Shown: positions 51,017 through 64,000 of the stretch, piece by piece
Numbering within the stretch: the first letter of the stretch is position 1
Layout of the letters: each line of letters starts with the position of its first letter
Assembly: GCF_964204645.1 (NCBI RefSeq)
Contig: NC_134034.1
Span: 186,001 to 250,000, forward strand
Reading direction: 5' to 3'
DNA: 64,000 bases
From: Tubulanus polymorphus
Lineage: Eukaryota; Animalia; Nemertea
Notes under the pieces: model-generated
Databases searched by the model: none
Told to the model about the DNA's origin: nothing
The model's input: only the letters and a program-made list of their open reading frames with translations
Position numbers and translations under genes: made by a program

Positions 51017-52395
51017 CTCTACCTTTTTTTTCCTGCGATAGGTTTTGGTTATTTTTGCCTTTATATTTACCGTTTCTTTTTGCTTATTACAAATTGTCAT
51101 TCCAAGTATGAGTGATTGTAAAGTCTCCCCCGAGAGTCCCGCGGCCACCTGTTACCCCTCCCCCTATGAGAGATTGTAGAGTCTCTCCCGACTCCTGTCT
51201 CTCCCTGACTCCTGTTACCCCTCCCTCTCATTTATCTCAATACTGCGAGGTTTTAACGGTTGAGCTCATAGCGGTAAATGTATTACTTAAACAAAACCCA
51301 ACCAATTATTATTTAAATCGCATGTACTTAATTATTCAATAGATTTTTATCCATTTTTCTGTTCCAACTTAATTTTCTAATATATAGCTACTGGTGACCG
51401 TGACCTTGCCCAAACCTCCCACCTCCTCCTCCCTACTCTCCTCCTCCTCTGCCTCCCTCCTCCTCCTCCTCCCCTTCTCCGCCCCTCCTCCGCCCCTCCT
51501 CCTCCTCCACTCCCCTCCACTGTCGTTATCTCATTATATACGTCTTTGTCACCGCAATATTTACTAGAAGGTTGTGGTTTAAATTCTATTGCTCAAACAT
51601 ACAACACCCTCTTCAAGGCTTTTCATCTACAATAGAAGACCCTTCTAGGAAAACATGGCCGCCTTGTAAATCCCCCTATGACGTCATCAACAAATTGATG
51701 ATACGATACGCAATTAATGCGCCGTGATTTCGATATCGCCGCCTGGTGTCAAGATCGGTAACTATACGTTATACCGGGATTTCGCACTAGTCGCCATTTT
51801 GATTTGATGATGTCATATCGGGGATTCCATCCAGGAAGTGTCTATATACATGTGTGTGTATGGTAACTCTTATAAAGTGTAAATATTGATCGATTCTGTT
51901 TCAAAAAAGGAAAAATTAGGAAAATGTAAATTGATGAATAAAATAATTCCATACAGTAAAACAAAAAGCTATCTTGTCGGTGTCTTCGATGGATTTATCG
52001 GATTTTTTTCCATAATTCAGTGAAATCGTTTTTTATAAAAAGCTGCATTAAAAATTAAAACAGAAAACAACATTAAATCCAATTCTACTGACGATTTTAT
52101 TGTCTCTGCATTTGGAAAATTGATATTGGGAAATTGAAATTTTAAAATGATTGCGATATTTGTAATTATTTTTGTTTTAATTTGCTGATTGTAACGTTAT
52201 GAAAGTCGAGTGATTTATTTACAAAAACCACCGATCCATCATATCGGTGTCCGATCCGTATCGATGTCCGATCCGTACCGGTGGCTGATCCGTACCGGTG
52301 GCTGATCCGTACCGGTGTCCGATTCTAGTTTAGTTTATATCAGTGAAAAGAACTAATTTGATGAAATCAAGCGTGATCCACTATAAGTGTAAAGT

Positions 52396-53424
52396 TTATC
52401 CCTCGAAAGCCGACTGTCCAAAACTGAAGCTCTCTTTACGTGTCTCACCGGAATCTACGACCACTTCCGGTTCCGGTATCGGGGAATCATCTCGTTTTAG
52501 GTTCTCTAGTGAGTAAGCGGGTGGTGGAGAGGCAGGGGGCGGGGAGGGTGACTTCCTAACCCCCTCTTCACTGGCACTGTCCGTCTTCTCCGGTTTTGCG
52601 TTCGGACGTTGTTGGCCTTGACCTTGGTACGCCGGCGGTTGACCGCTCATGACGACTATGATTGGCTCTTGACTGACACGTGACCGACAACACGTCACCT
52701 GGCAACAATAGGCGGCCTGTACGATAGCGACGACCATTTCAAATAAGAGAAAGAATCCAAGCACGCAATGGACGGCTATGGCGCTTCTCCCCGGCCATCT
52801 TCTTTTCTTCCAGTCACCATGGTCACGATCTTTATTTTTACGGTCGTCACGGTCGTGCATTGTTGATGACGAATCTTGCGTTGTTGAACCGGTAGGTGTC
52901 GCCGTGGTCGTCGAGGAATGATCGTGACGATCCTTCCAATCATCCCAAAGATCACCGGATTTCTTTATTCCATCATAGTCTGCTCTGTAGTTCATATTCT
53001 GTTGACGATAGATGGCGGCACTGGTCACTAGAATCAGACCGCACGTGACAGCCGCTATTATACAGAACACCAGACACGTGATCAGGAAGCATCGTTTCTT
53101 CTCGCGGCCGGCGATACCGAAAGCGCCCCCTAGGATGAACAAGATACTAGCGCCCCCTGCGATACCGCCGTAACACGCGTATCCACCACGACTGGCTAGA
53201 TACCCGCCGAGTACGATAGCCAGGATACCGATAATAATCTGTATGCTACCCATAGCTGTATGAGCCTTGTAATATTTCACCGGATCTGTAGACATACATG
53301 AGTTTCCTGTATCTGTTTCAGTGACCGGTGTTTTCTGACTGGGCTTACGAGTAACGGGTGGTGACTGGACCGGTCCCCAGGCCTCCGGGGTGTCGGGTAT
53401 GAGCACTTTCTTATCAAAACCCAT
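52396..53424 (-). CDS. MS4A/CD20-like four-TM protein, paralogue A (342 aa, intronless CDS)
   Basis: Four hydrophobic helices with a CD20-family-like pattern (GSIQIIIG; FILGGAFGI; E-containing TM4 followed by CC). Pro-rich tail with PPAY x2. The ATG at 53424 follows a 5'-UTR acceptor. Confidence 0.8.
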   Translation of the reverse strand: MGFDKKVLIPDTPEAWGPVQSPPVTRKPSQKTPVTETDTGNSCMSTDPVKYYKAHTAMGSIQIIIGILAIVLGGYLASRGGYACYGGIAGGASILFILGGAFGIAGREKKRCFLITCLVFCIIAAVTCGLILVTSAAIYRQQNMNYRADYDGIKKSGDLWDDWKDRHDHSSTTTATPTGSTTQDSSSTMHDRDDRKNKDRDHGDWKKRRWPGRSAIAVHCVLGFFLLFEMVVAIVQAAYCCQVTCCRSRVSQEPIIVVMSGQPPAYQGQGQQRPNAKPEKTDSASEEGVRKSPSPPPASPPPAYSLENLKRDDSPIPEPEVVVDSGETRKESFSFGQSAFEG

Positions 53425-55179
53425 CGTATTCAAATACAATATCGTATTATATTTTCTGGAATGAGAGAAAAAAGAAAATGAATTCTCCTATAGCTACGAA
53501 ATAGAATTTACTGGGTTTCAGACTCAGGGACCAACCACGTCACACTTACAGTCAAGATTTCACTTCACTTCCAGCTTCACAGTGGAACTGAATTGTGGAA
53601 CTAGATTCAGAACAGTGGAACTGAGTCCAGAACTGTGGAACTGAGTCCTGAACTGTGGAACTGAGTCCAGTACTGTGAAACTGTATCCAGACGGTGGAGA
53701 CAGATCCTGAACTGAACGTAGGTTTGGGTTTGGTAAATTCTAACCTAATTCTAATTTAAACAATAAACTACATCTACTTTAAAACGGCGAATTTCTCATC
53801 GGAAATCAATAAACTATAACTTACTTCACAACAAACTGTTATAAATCATTAAAACCTGATCGTTCGCTGTTTCACGTGTGTTCAGTCGTTAATGGAAATT
53901 CTCTTAATGAAAACTTTTAAAAACCTGGTGACTCGAGCGCGATTTCTACCAAGTCAATATCTGGAACCTCGTCAAAGGTTGAAAAACGTTGCCAAAAACT
54001 AGAAACAATTGATGAATCGAATCTTATTTACGAGGGTCCAAGGATTTTTTGGTGCAAGTTCTTTTTTATGAACTAATGACGTGTTCTTTCAATCATCGAT
54101 ATGAATAGATTTTGTTTCGTGCAGTTTTTTTGCCCGATTGAAAAAAAAACAGGTTTATGTTTTATAAAGATCTGAATAAGTTTTGTGTGGGTTGAATCAT
54201 GTGCGCAATTCTATTTAGTAGAACGATATCAATCATTGACAAAAACAGTTTCAGTAGCTTTGATTTTCGGGTTCGAATTGCGTCACGCAAGACACAACGG
54301 GTGGTCATGGCTATTCGCAAATCAGTAGCGTCCGGTCGGTTGGTGAATCCTCGCTTGCCACAGGCGGAAAATCCCCGATTTCCGCAGTACGGCTTAAGAA
54401 ATGCAGGAGTAACAATCTTTGATGGCATTTTATCAATCAGCCCAAGTAGTAGAGTTAGCGAATTAGATAAAGAATTGACCAGTATTTTACTCAGTTTGCT
54501 CTGGACAATAGTAGATATCCTTGACCTTGTGACCGTAAATCTGAGCTCCAGAATTATGAGCCCCTGTGGCTCTGACCAGTGATAGAACGATACCGATATC
54601 ACAAACCTATTAACCCAACCCCCTCCCCCCCCCGCTTTCATTCCTAATTACTTTTGCCTGGGCATGAAATGAATTTACACTAAAATAGATTATGCCCCCC
54701 TACAGAGAATACAGCTGTCCCCAATGGCAAACTATGATTGTCCCGTTTAGAATTTAGTCATAATTGAAAACGACAGACGAAAGCGAACTCTGGCAGGCGA
54801 TGCTGTTGAATGGTGGTGGTGCAATGGTAGGCGACCCTGGTAAACGAGTTTAACTCATTAATCAATGGAGTCATTCCAGACTCATTTATAAACGCGTTCA
54901 ATGGAATTCCATGCGTCATAGAAACTAAATCATAAACACGTATCAACAAACTGTTCGTAATAGTTGCGAAATTCATATCCGGTTCATTATAGCTTCAATT
55001 TGTTAAGTCTTTACGACTTTTCGGTGATTACTACGCGTTTTAAAATGACTCATAGTTCTTCATTCCATAAAAGAAGTGTTTCATCCTGCAAACATTAATT
55101 TTAGTGCAAAATAGAGGCTTGGAAAATTAGCTAAAACCAAACCAGGCCCTAAAACTTTAAGTGCATAGGTTGGATCCCA

Positions 55180-55377
55180 AACCCTAGCTCACCTCGTAAC
55201 CCTAACCCTAGGTCACCATAACCCTAACCCTAGCAAGACTCGAACCTGCGACCTCAATCATGCCAGTCGAGCACGCTAACCACTAAACCATAGACCAGTA
55301 GTGACTGATCGAGTTTGTATGTCAGTCTGGTGAGGTGTGGTGGCTGGTGAGCAGTCGGGGATGGTGACGTCCTACCC
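55180..55377 (-). mobile_element. Composite repeat copy 3: tRNA-like module (55231-55296) + TTAGGG units, ~1.5 x 24-bp unit
   Basis: Homologous to copies 1 and 2. Confidence 0.78.
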
Positions 55378-56546
55378 ACCTATCATTCTCTGACTTACCG
55401 CGAGGGGTATAGACATACAACACGGGTGAGGACGGTAGGAGACATACTCAACTAAAGATTAATTAAGTTAGTCCACTAGTAAGTAAACCACAGTCTATTA
55501 AAACCAGGCCCAGGGAATCTATAGGGGATAGTGACGTCATTAAACCAAGAGATTTCCTTCAAATCATTTTAAACTTTTAACCGAACAAAACTCTGATATT
55601 TCTACAGTAGTAAAAATAAGCGCTTTATTTTTGTGTCTCTTCTACAATAATAACAAGAACAGGTCACGTGCACGGACGGAACGGGGTTAACTCGTCGGTG
55701 ATTGGACGGATTCTATAAACACAACCCGTAAACCCAGTGACGTGTGTTGATGAGCTTTATTCATTTGAGTTTGTTTGAAAGCATCAAAAATTGCTATAGT
55801 TAAATTTAACAAGTGCATTAAAAAACGTTTTTAGGGGATCATAAGATAAAATTTGCCTCCGAAATAGAATCTGCGGTTTAGAAATTAACAAAACTAAAAA
55901 TTAAGAATATCACAGAGTTCTGTCATATAGCAGACATTAGTATTCGTACACAAAATAGATAGATTTACATAATTTTGAATTCTGAAATAATTCCTGAAAT
56001 CTTTTGTTTAGGCTAAAAAAAATTGAAACCTTGTTTCTCCGCTCTGCTGAGCTTAAATGTTGACCCGGCCGGCCGCCTATCTACCCTATACATTACTTTT
56101 TTTTAAAATCGTGATCAATTTTACCATAACAGACCCGGCCGCTATAGAAATGAACTGTTTATAAATTTTATCATATATTACAAAAATGACCCGGCCGCTG
56201 CGGAGAAACAATGTATCATTTTTGTTTAGCCTTATAGATAAATAAATAGATAAACTTACATCACGATTATTCAATATTCAAATTTAGAACCTCGATATTC
56301 AAATTCACGATTTTCGTCATTCGATATTCGATCTCGAATTAACAATTTCCAATATTCGATAATCGATTTTACGATGAATAAATATAGAGAATTCTGTATA
56401 TACAAATCTGACCACAATTTGGTGTTTTAAAATAGCGTAAAAACGTGCAAGATGGATATAGATAGCTATAGACTAATAGGGCTAGGTCTAGCGAGGCCTC
56501 GAACCCTGAACTCCGGCTCAGAATTTTACAGATTTCGTTGCCCGTT

Positions 56547-57665
56547 TTAAACGATGCCTCCAGCTGAAGCTTCTGTATCATCGTAAACAACCTCTTTCTT
56601 CTCAGCATCCTCCTTCTCTGTGTAGGCCGGAGGTTGAACCGGTCCCAGGATCGGATACACGTTCGGCGCTGAAGGTTTCCTCTGCTGGTAGTCACCGACA
56701 GGTGGCGCCCCGTTCATGTAGATGATGACCGGCGCCTGCGTGACGCGCGTCCTTCCGCAACACGTGACCTTACAGCAGTAGACAGCCTGCACGATAGCGA
56801 CGATGAATTCAACCATAGCGAGGAATGTGAGGGTTCCGTAGAGACCGATATAAACCCTGCTACATCTCCTCTTGCCCCAGTCCAGGTCTTTCGACATCGG
56901 CGGCTTTCGGTCGTCGTCGTCAAACTTTCCACCGAATTGGTCGCGAGGTGGCGCTGCGATACGTTTCGGTGGACCGTCATGGTGGTGTCGGTGATGATCG
57001 TCGTTCTTCCAGTCGTATTTACCGCCGTGCATGATCTTACGCATTCCCGAACCGCATGACGCCATCACGCATGCGCAGGCAATGGCGGCGAACACGCAGA
57101 AGACCATACACGTGATCAACGCGCACCTGCGTTTGTTGCGACCACCGATACCGAACGAACCGGCCAGTATAAACCACAGGGCACTCATTCCAAACGAGAA
57201 AGCCATCTTACCCAAACTGGTCTTAGCTCCCAGAATCGGTGCAACTATCATGAATACAACACCGATTACGATCTGAAATAAAGATAGAAAAATATAGAGT
57301 AACCACCAGGTGTCGCTAGTGTGCAGTAGGACATCAACTACTGCGACAATAGTGGATTCCACTTGTAGCAGGCGAGGATCCACTAGGTGTCGCTAGTGTG
57401 CAGTAGGACATCAACTGCTGCGACAATAGTGGATTCCACTTGTGGCAAGCGAGGATCCACCAGGTGTCGCTGGTATATATACCTGCATGATTCCGAGTAT
57501 TGTATGCGCTCGTCTATACTTCACCGGGTCACGTGTCATGCAGCACTGCTTGTCAGCATCGTTTTGTGCTGCCCCCTGTTGTTGAGCGAGTAAAACTTGT
57601 TGATTGACCCACGCCTGGTCAGCCACCGGAAGCGTCTGCAGAAACTCTTGGTGTTTCGACGCCAT
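56547..57665 (-). CDS. MS4A/CD20-like four-TM protein, paralogue B (302 aa); exons 57665-57483 and 57272-56547
   Basis: The spliced DPVKYRRAHTILGIMQ|IVIGV aligns with DPVKYYKAHTAMGSIQIIIG of paralogue A; LITC.VFC and VAIVQA.YCC.VTCC are shared. Confidence 0.82.
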
Positions 57666-58839
57666 TTTTCTCGTTCACGCGAGATTTGGATTTCTTGGAA
57701 TTTCTAGGAAATAATATATCTATATAAATAATGAGGTGCTTTTTTAAATGGTAAAAATATTTCGAATGTGAAATATATGGATTTGTATGAAATCGAAAGG
57801 GGCTTTGTTTGAATCTAACAATAAATCAATATCCGAGATTAGATTATAAATACTAAGATCTATGAAACTAACTTCGTTTACTCCATCGAAATAATAAACT
57901 TACCTTTTCTCTAAATCCTTGAAGGTTTTATACGTCTTTCCTCGTCGAATATCTGAAACCCTTTTAATTATAGTCTATTCGCAATTTATTTCCTCGTCCT
58001 ATATTTTGTCCTTGTAGTCGCGAGTCACGTGTTAGTTTATATAAACCGATCGATTGAATGAACACAACAGGTTCGCTTGTTATTGTCGAATATATTTTGA
58101 CCTTTTGAAACGTCTCTCGTTTCGTAGTGTTGAAATAAACCAGAATTTAGTGTCTCTTTATTTCCAATTGAATTCAGCCGCACACGTTACAAAACGTGAG
58201 TGGTGCGCTTCGAAACAAAAACCCCTGGGAATTTCTCTGTAAATCGGGGTTATATTCCGTGTTAATATGAAACGTAGACGTAATCGTAACGCAGCTCACG
58301 CACACTATCTATATGTAACTTTAATTACTAAATGTTGGTCGCCATAGTTGCCGTCACACGCACGCGCGTCTGTTCCTGACGCTCCGGATGCTGCGGCGGC
58401 GTTCTGCGTCGTCTGGGCGTGACCATGGTTACATTTAGCAGCACAACCGGCTGAGTTCACACATACTGAAATAATTAAACCCGAAAATCGATTAAACAAC
58501 CTTAAACCTCTTTTTAAGGAGTTTATTATTTTATGAAACTGGGAAACTCGCGGGGAGGGGAGGGAGGGGAGGGGAGGGAGGTAAGGAGGTAAGGGAGGGG
58601 CGGTTTCATCAAACTGCTGTCTGGCCATGTGTTCAATTCAGTTAGTTGATGACGCGTCTCCTAATATTCCCGTGAATGTCAACCGTTAGAACAATCGTTT
58701 ATGGTCCATACAACACCTCTATACACAGAACATTAATTGATATCAGGTAACATTTTTCAAATCTGTAAGCGGCCGTTTTTTTTCAAATTCTGACCATAAA
58801 GGCTATATTTCCTAGGAAATCACAGGGTAGACTGGGGTG

Positions 58840-58971
58840 GTACTCTGAGGGGTGGGTTCTAACCGAATGGTACTCTGAGGGGTGGGTTCTAACCGAATGG
58901 TACTCTGAGGGGTGGGTTCTAACCGAATGGTACTCTGAGGGGTGGGTTCTAACCGAATGGTACTCTGAGGG
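58840..58971. repeat. 30-bp minisatellite, ~4.5 copies
   Basis: GTACTCTGAGGGGTGGGTTCTAACCGAATG. Confidence 0.9.
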
Positions 58972-59401
58972 GGGTCAAAAGTGGAAAAACGATAGCTCGT
59001 TATTGGCGAGCGCCAAAACAACAAATTTCCCTGGGTCTGAATCGGCGATCTCAGTTAAAAGGAGAATACCGCGCGCCAGAAAACCAGTAACGTGCACTGA
59101 CTGACCGACCTGGGGGGGGGGGCTTAAATACTTACACGGGTCGTAAACTCTACATATTTTCAGGACCGGGTTATTTAGTGTATTATATAATATAGTTTTA
59201 TACCTAGTAACTACGTAAATATACATTTCACTTCAAAAGAGTTACTGAACTATAGAAAAATGCGGATCGTCGCGCGTCGTAAAGATAGAATTCGACCAAT
59301 GAAACAACTCGGTTGGGGATTACACGGGTCTCGTAGGGTATATATACAACTTGTCAGTAGTTACGGGCAACATTTGCAACTGACCTGCACGAACAAACAA
59401 C

Positions 59402-60244
59402 ATGAAGGTAAGACTGCGAAAGATTAACTTTACTTTAAGCGAAAATAATGTAGCGAATATATCGTTAAATACCGAAAGTCGAACAGTCCAGGTGCTGCAG
59501 TTGCTGAAAAGTTGATAACCAGTAGATAAATGCCATAGTAATAATAAACTTTTAATTGTCACTATGTCAACTATCCACTGGTTAGATTCTTACCAACCTT
59601 TCAGCAACTGCAGCACTGGTGTACTCTGATTTGAGAACAGATTTATCAGTTTAAAATCCAAATACAAAATTTGAAAGATTAAAAACGAATTCATTTATTC
59701 TCTCGCTGACTTCTAGCGAGAGTTTGTCGTATGAATACTGATTTTTAAACTTATTTTACCACTGATGACTGGGGGTGTAATAATTATTCTCGTTTCGGTT
59801 TCAGTCGACGACCTTGTTTTTACTGGCTTTATGCAGCGTTACGCTGATGGTAACGTTAACTGACGCGTCACCTTTAACCGCGTTACTGCGTGAATATCTG
59901 GAAGAGTTGAGAGAGGAAAAACGTTCAAGTATGCCTTATTTATGTTGCTTAGCTTGAAAATTGTATCATTGTTTTGTTTTTTAAACCTCAGACATGAATT
60001 GTCTAAACTATGACGAAAAACAAATCATTTTTCTGATTTCCTTGTGCCTCCTACTCTGACTTCCGCTGGGCCCAGTTTGCCACCTGTCTCGCAGTTTGTC
60101 AGTTAGTTCTAAATGCATGAAGCAATTCAAATATAATTGTTTTTTTCTTCAGATTGCATCGCTGCTGGTGAAAGTGGATGTGACGGTGACCCTGACTGTT
60201 GTAATGGCGGCTCTTGTAATATGCATGGTGTTTGCGAGCTGTAA
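59402..60244 (+). CDS. Secreted inhibitor-cystine-knot (knottin) prepropeptide, 73 aa; exons 59402-59407, 59805-59928, 60153-60244
   Basis: MKSTTLFLLALCSVTLMVTLTDA-SPLTALLREYLEELREEKR-SNCIAAGESGCDGDPDCCNGGSCNMHGVCEL*. Start context CAACATG, GT-AG junctions in phase (6+124+92=222 nt), AATAAA at 60338. Confidence 0.85.
59488..59619. mobile_element. MITE in intron 1 of the knottin gene
   Basis: TIR GTGCTGCAGTTGCTGAAA/TTTCAGCAACTGCAGCAC. Confidence 0.85.
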
Positions 60245-62093
60245 AACTAGAGAATATTCCGTTTAAATGCCCGGAAAATTACTCGTTAATTAACCAACTG
60301 TGTTGAATGAAACTAAACTTTAGTTAGAATAGAATTAAATAAAGAAAATGATTGTTTTAAAAATTATCTTTACTGTTCTGTTGGTGCGAACCTGCGATAG
60401 ATAAGTACTGACCTCCTACTGAGCTTAATAAGTATTTCTGATTTCAAAACTGTTTTGAAAGCGATTGTAAAAGTTTGTTGACGAAATTGTCTTTCCGAGG
60501 ACATGTGCGTGGCAGAAGCCGCCTAGGAAAAGAGAATGGATCAGAACCGTATTGTGCTGCCACCATGCGGCAATGCACGATTGACGTCATTTTTGCGCGG
60601 AATTTCTGACAAAGGATTTTCCGGGAATTCCGAAATAGGAAAACACTCATCCGACGAGCTGAGGCTGAGCGCCGGCAAGTTTAGATTCGCTATTTATCAC
60701 GATTTTACCGAATTTGTGGCGTTACATTGAATGAGATAATTTCACGACAAGGTAGGTCTATACACGAGTAGATTCAAACAGGAGAATTTCAAATCGGGAA
60801 GGGTTCGATTTCAACTTTATTAAAATCGCGGCGTGGGTGGAGGTGAGGGGGCGGCCGGCTGTGGTGACTCACTCCTGTCTGTCCCGTGAACAGAGCGAGA
60901 TATTAATCCAGTATTCCTTTAAATTCATCCCATTTATAACCTGTATCATCTCTAACAATAGATTTCAACTGGATTGCCTTACACAGTTACACCTGCCCGG
61001 CTACAGACCTGAGGTAGGCCTACTGATTGTGACTACATTGATTTTATTTGGGGTTAAAGCGGGCCATATGGCACTCGAGAGACCATCCCATATTCTGCCA
61101 ATCCCTGTATATGAGTGATATAGTGGTTAGATTTAGAACCCACCTCTTCTCTATACTAAACGGTTTGAGATGTGGAAGGAAAGATGCAACTTATTTTATT
61201 GGTCCAAGAAATAACATTGAACTGTTTCTAGGGGTTGGTTTAAACTTATCTTATCTAATCAGTGTTGAACTCTGATTTGTGATATTGTGTTTTATTGTTT
61301 TGCTGTAAATCATTCTAATCAACAACTGATCAGTTTAAATTATCCTTAATCTTAGATTTATAGTTTTTCTATACCTAATCAGATAATCCGCTTAGTTAAT
61401 TATGTCTCTTTGTCAAACTCCTTGTTGTCACAGTTTGTACAGCACTGATAATAGCCCACAATGTAAACCGGTTTTAATTGTCAGCTTGGAGTAATCAGAC
61501 TGATTACTCCAATGTGTCAGAAAGTGTTTTGACTGGAATTACCCAGTACCAGGTTCTGTCTGTGGATCACAACTAGTTTTGATTCCAGGTAGTTTAACTC
61601 AAAGTGCTCGGGTTAGAGTAAGGTGTTTGTAATTCATCTAATTGTGAAGGTAACTTTTAGATTCCTAATGAATTAAATTCCTAGGATTTTATTTTGGTAA
61701 CATAGAAATGATAGTTAGGGAAATGTATTGCTCAAAGTATTACCCACTTTCTTGTTCAGTTGGAGTTTTAGAGCTGAAGTAAGATCATTTCCAATTTTTA
61801 AAGTTCTTGATTCAACAGGAACTAAAAAAACTAGAACTAGGTTCCATCCAGGATACCCCTGGTTACTGCGCTTCAATTTTTTCTATATTTCAATTAAATT
61901 CGAATCAACTTTTTTCATTAATAAATCATTTTCCAGTAAAAACTATATCATACACTCATTGGGAACATCAATCTATTTGATGACTTGTTCGACAACATTT
62001 CCATTTAGGAGTCTATTCAAAGTCTCCATTGACTTCGTGTAACTGAGTTTATTGTTATCATTTTATTTTCACAGGGAACTTCACGAGAATAGA

Positions 62094-64000
62094 ATGACTA
62101 AAACCACATCAGATCCTCGTCCACCGTTACCTGCCGGGGGTAAAAATAGAACGCCTCTCATGGAATTAGATCTGAATCGATCTACTCCGACGACCTTCAC
62201 CTCATCAGCAGACGACTCTAAAACAGCCTTCACCTCACTAGTGGATGACTCGATAATGACCTTCACCTCAGAAGCAGGCGACTCTCTGACGACTGAATCT
62301 TTCCTTCTCTCCTCGAATGTAACTCTCGAAAAGACACTAGATGGCAGCACTAGTAGTAGAAACAGTAGTTGTAGCAACAGTTGTGAAGTGAAAATCATTT
62401 TGGACAACGGTAAAATATTTTTTTTTTCTAAGTTGACTTCAATTATTTGATGTTAATCGTGGGACCCATGGATCAGGCACGTGACTGACTGTTGTACTCG
62501 TATGATTATAGGTGGCGTTGTCTGTGCTGCGTCATCCAGCAGTGAAAGCGATATTGAAAATAACATTGAATCAGAAGAGATTAAAACTGATTGTTGTAAA
62601 CTGGAATCTGTGCAGAGAAAAGTGCAACAGTTTTTCCATGAAAACAGCGCGATTTTAAAAAAGGTAAAACCTCGAAACAATGTCCACAATGGATATGATT
62701 AAACCTAGTCTGGATTAAACCTAGTCGAAATTATGTTTGTCATTGACTCATCTAAGATTATCATTGTTGCCTATTATTTTCAGTTGCTATGGATAATCAT
62801 GTTGCTAGGTTATGTTGCATTCTTCATTGCCGCGTGTGTTATCGATGTTAACCGCGCGATGGCGCTAGTAGTCGTCACATCGCTCGTCATCGCCTGGGTG
62901 ACCTACTCGTTAATACGAGACAGAATCGGCGGCCATCTTTACAAAAAATGTTACGTGCCCGTTGCCATGGCAATCAACAACAATTGGTCTATCGTACGAT
63001 GGTATGTATGAATATATAGAATGTTTAAATGGTCGATACTGATTGGTTGTTCGATATTAGACTCGTTTCCTGTTCTAGGTTTGTGTATATCGGACTGGTT
63101 GCCGCTCTGATCACGTATATCGCCGTGGAGATACGTCCGAAACCACGGCAACTGATCTCTCTCGCCGGGTTCCTGATGTTCCTGTTTTTCTTGTTCATTT
63201 TCTCAAAGAATCCTTCGAAGGTGAGCGAAATATCGAAACATCGACAGAAATATCGATATTAATTCGAGATTTCATGTAACTATGATATTTGATATTATCG
63301 TATTTCAGGTGAAATGGCGAACAGTAATTTGGGGTCTCGCGATACAATTCGTTCTGGGTATAGTTATACTGCGTACGGACTTCGGCTTTAAAGCGTTTAA
63401 GTATCTCGGGGATCAGGCGCAAGAGTTTCTTAAATTCACGGACTACGGATCATCATTCGTGTTCGGCAAAAATTACGAAGATCATTTATTTGCGTTCAAG
63501 GTAAAAATATCAATCAGTAAAAATAACATTCCCTGAATCCATCGAAAATTAGATTCCCAGTAAATCATGTACCGGGACGACAGCATTCCTACTACAGAAC
63601 CTTAAAATACTCTGACATCCTTAACATTTTATTTTAGGGGTTCATTCAAGTCCGGTTTTTTACCCTGTGGCCACTCAAATTCTGAAATTCAAATTGTACC
63701 TCGGAAAAATCTTTTTAATCACACATACCTAAAGAATGAACCGGTTCTGTCTAGATGATACCAGTCAGTGTATACACATACATTGTAGTGTGTTTGATTT
63801 CTGTGCACACAATGGATTTTAATTTAATACAGCGTTGTTTCTATGTTGCTCGTTGGTTACTTTGAGATAAAGAGATAAAACCTGGAGTCTCCTGATCTCT
63901 CCCTCCCTCCCGGTCTATAAAACTAGTTTATGAATTCATCATTAATTATACTTTATTTCAGGTTCTACCAGTAATAATATTTTTCAGCTGCGCTATCTCG
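62094..64000 (+). CDS. SLC28: Concentrative Na+/nucleoside cotransporter (SLC28/CNT), 5' part; exons 62094-62409, 62512-62663, 62784-63001, 63079-63220, 63309-63500, 63962-(64000)
   Basis: Motifs FSKNPSKVKWRTVIWGLAIQFVLGIVILRT and FTDYGSSFVFG...FAFKVLPVIIFFS. Junctions are in phase. The start codon is less certain and the gene runs off the window. Confidence 0.92.

Noticed and set aside
54162-54641. 159-aa and 127-aa overlapping ORFs between the MS4A-like genes
   Set aside because: No recognisable domain or splice support. The shared RLVNPRLPQ with 28526 is better explained by a DNA motif.
59700-59722. Hairpin CTCTCGCT-GACTTCT-AGCGAGAG reminiscent of vertebrate telomerase RNA P2b
   Set aside because: An isolated short match in an intron with no template nearby; likely chance.

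Overview
Eukaryotic genomic DNA from a bilaterian invertebrate: GT-AG introns, TTAGGG-type repeats, CTCF-like motifs. A lophotrochozoan origin is plausible but cannot be established from the sequence. Genes assembled by hand from splice sites: (1) a BMI1/PCGF-Psc Polycomb RING gene (5420-10040, +) with a ~690-aa low-complexity tail; (2) a small Cys/Lys-rich, probably secreted protein (11227-11565, -); (3) a pgant9/gly-5-like polypeptide GalNAc-transferase (39046-50621, +) with three mutually exclusive versions of one catalytic-domain exon; (4) tRNA-Arg(ACG) in its probable 3' UTR; (5) two tandem MS4A/CD20-like tetraspan genes (-); (6) a three-exon knottin (ICK) prepropeptide gene absent from the ORF track (59402-60244, +); (7) the 5' part of an SLC28 nucleoside transporter. 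Non-coding DNA is dense in minisatellites and PIF/Harbinger-like MITEs. It also holds three copies of a tRNA-like module fused to telomeric repeats, a TSD-flanked minimal hammerhead ribozyme insert, and a recurring extended CTCF-like motif. Most ORFs in the supplied track are repeat artefacts. Coordinates were counted by eye, so repeat boundaries are approximate.
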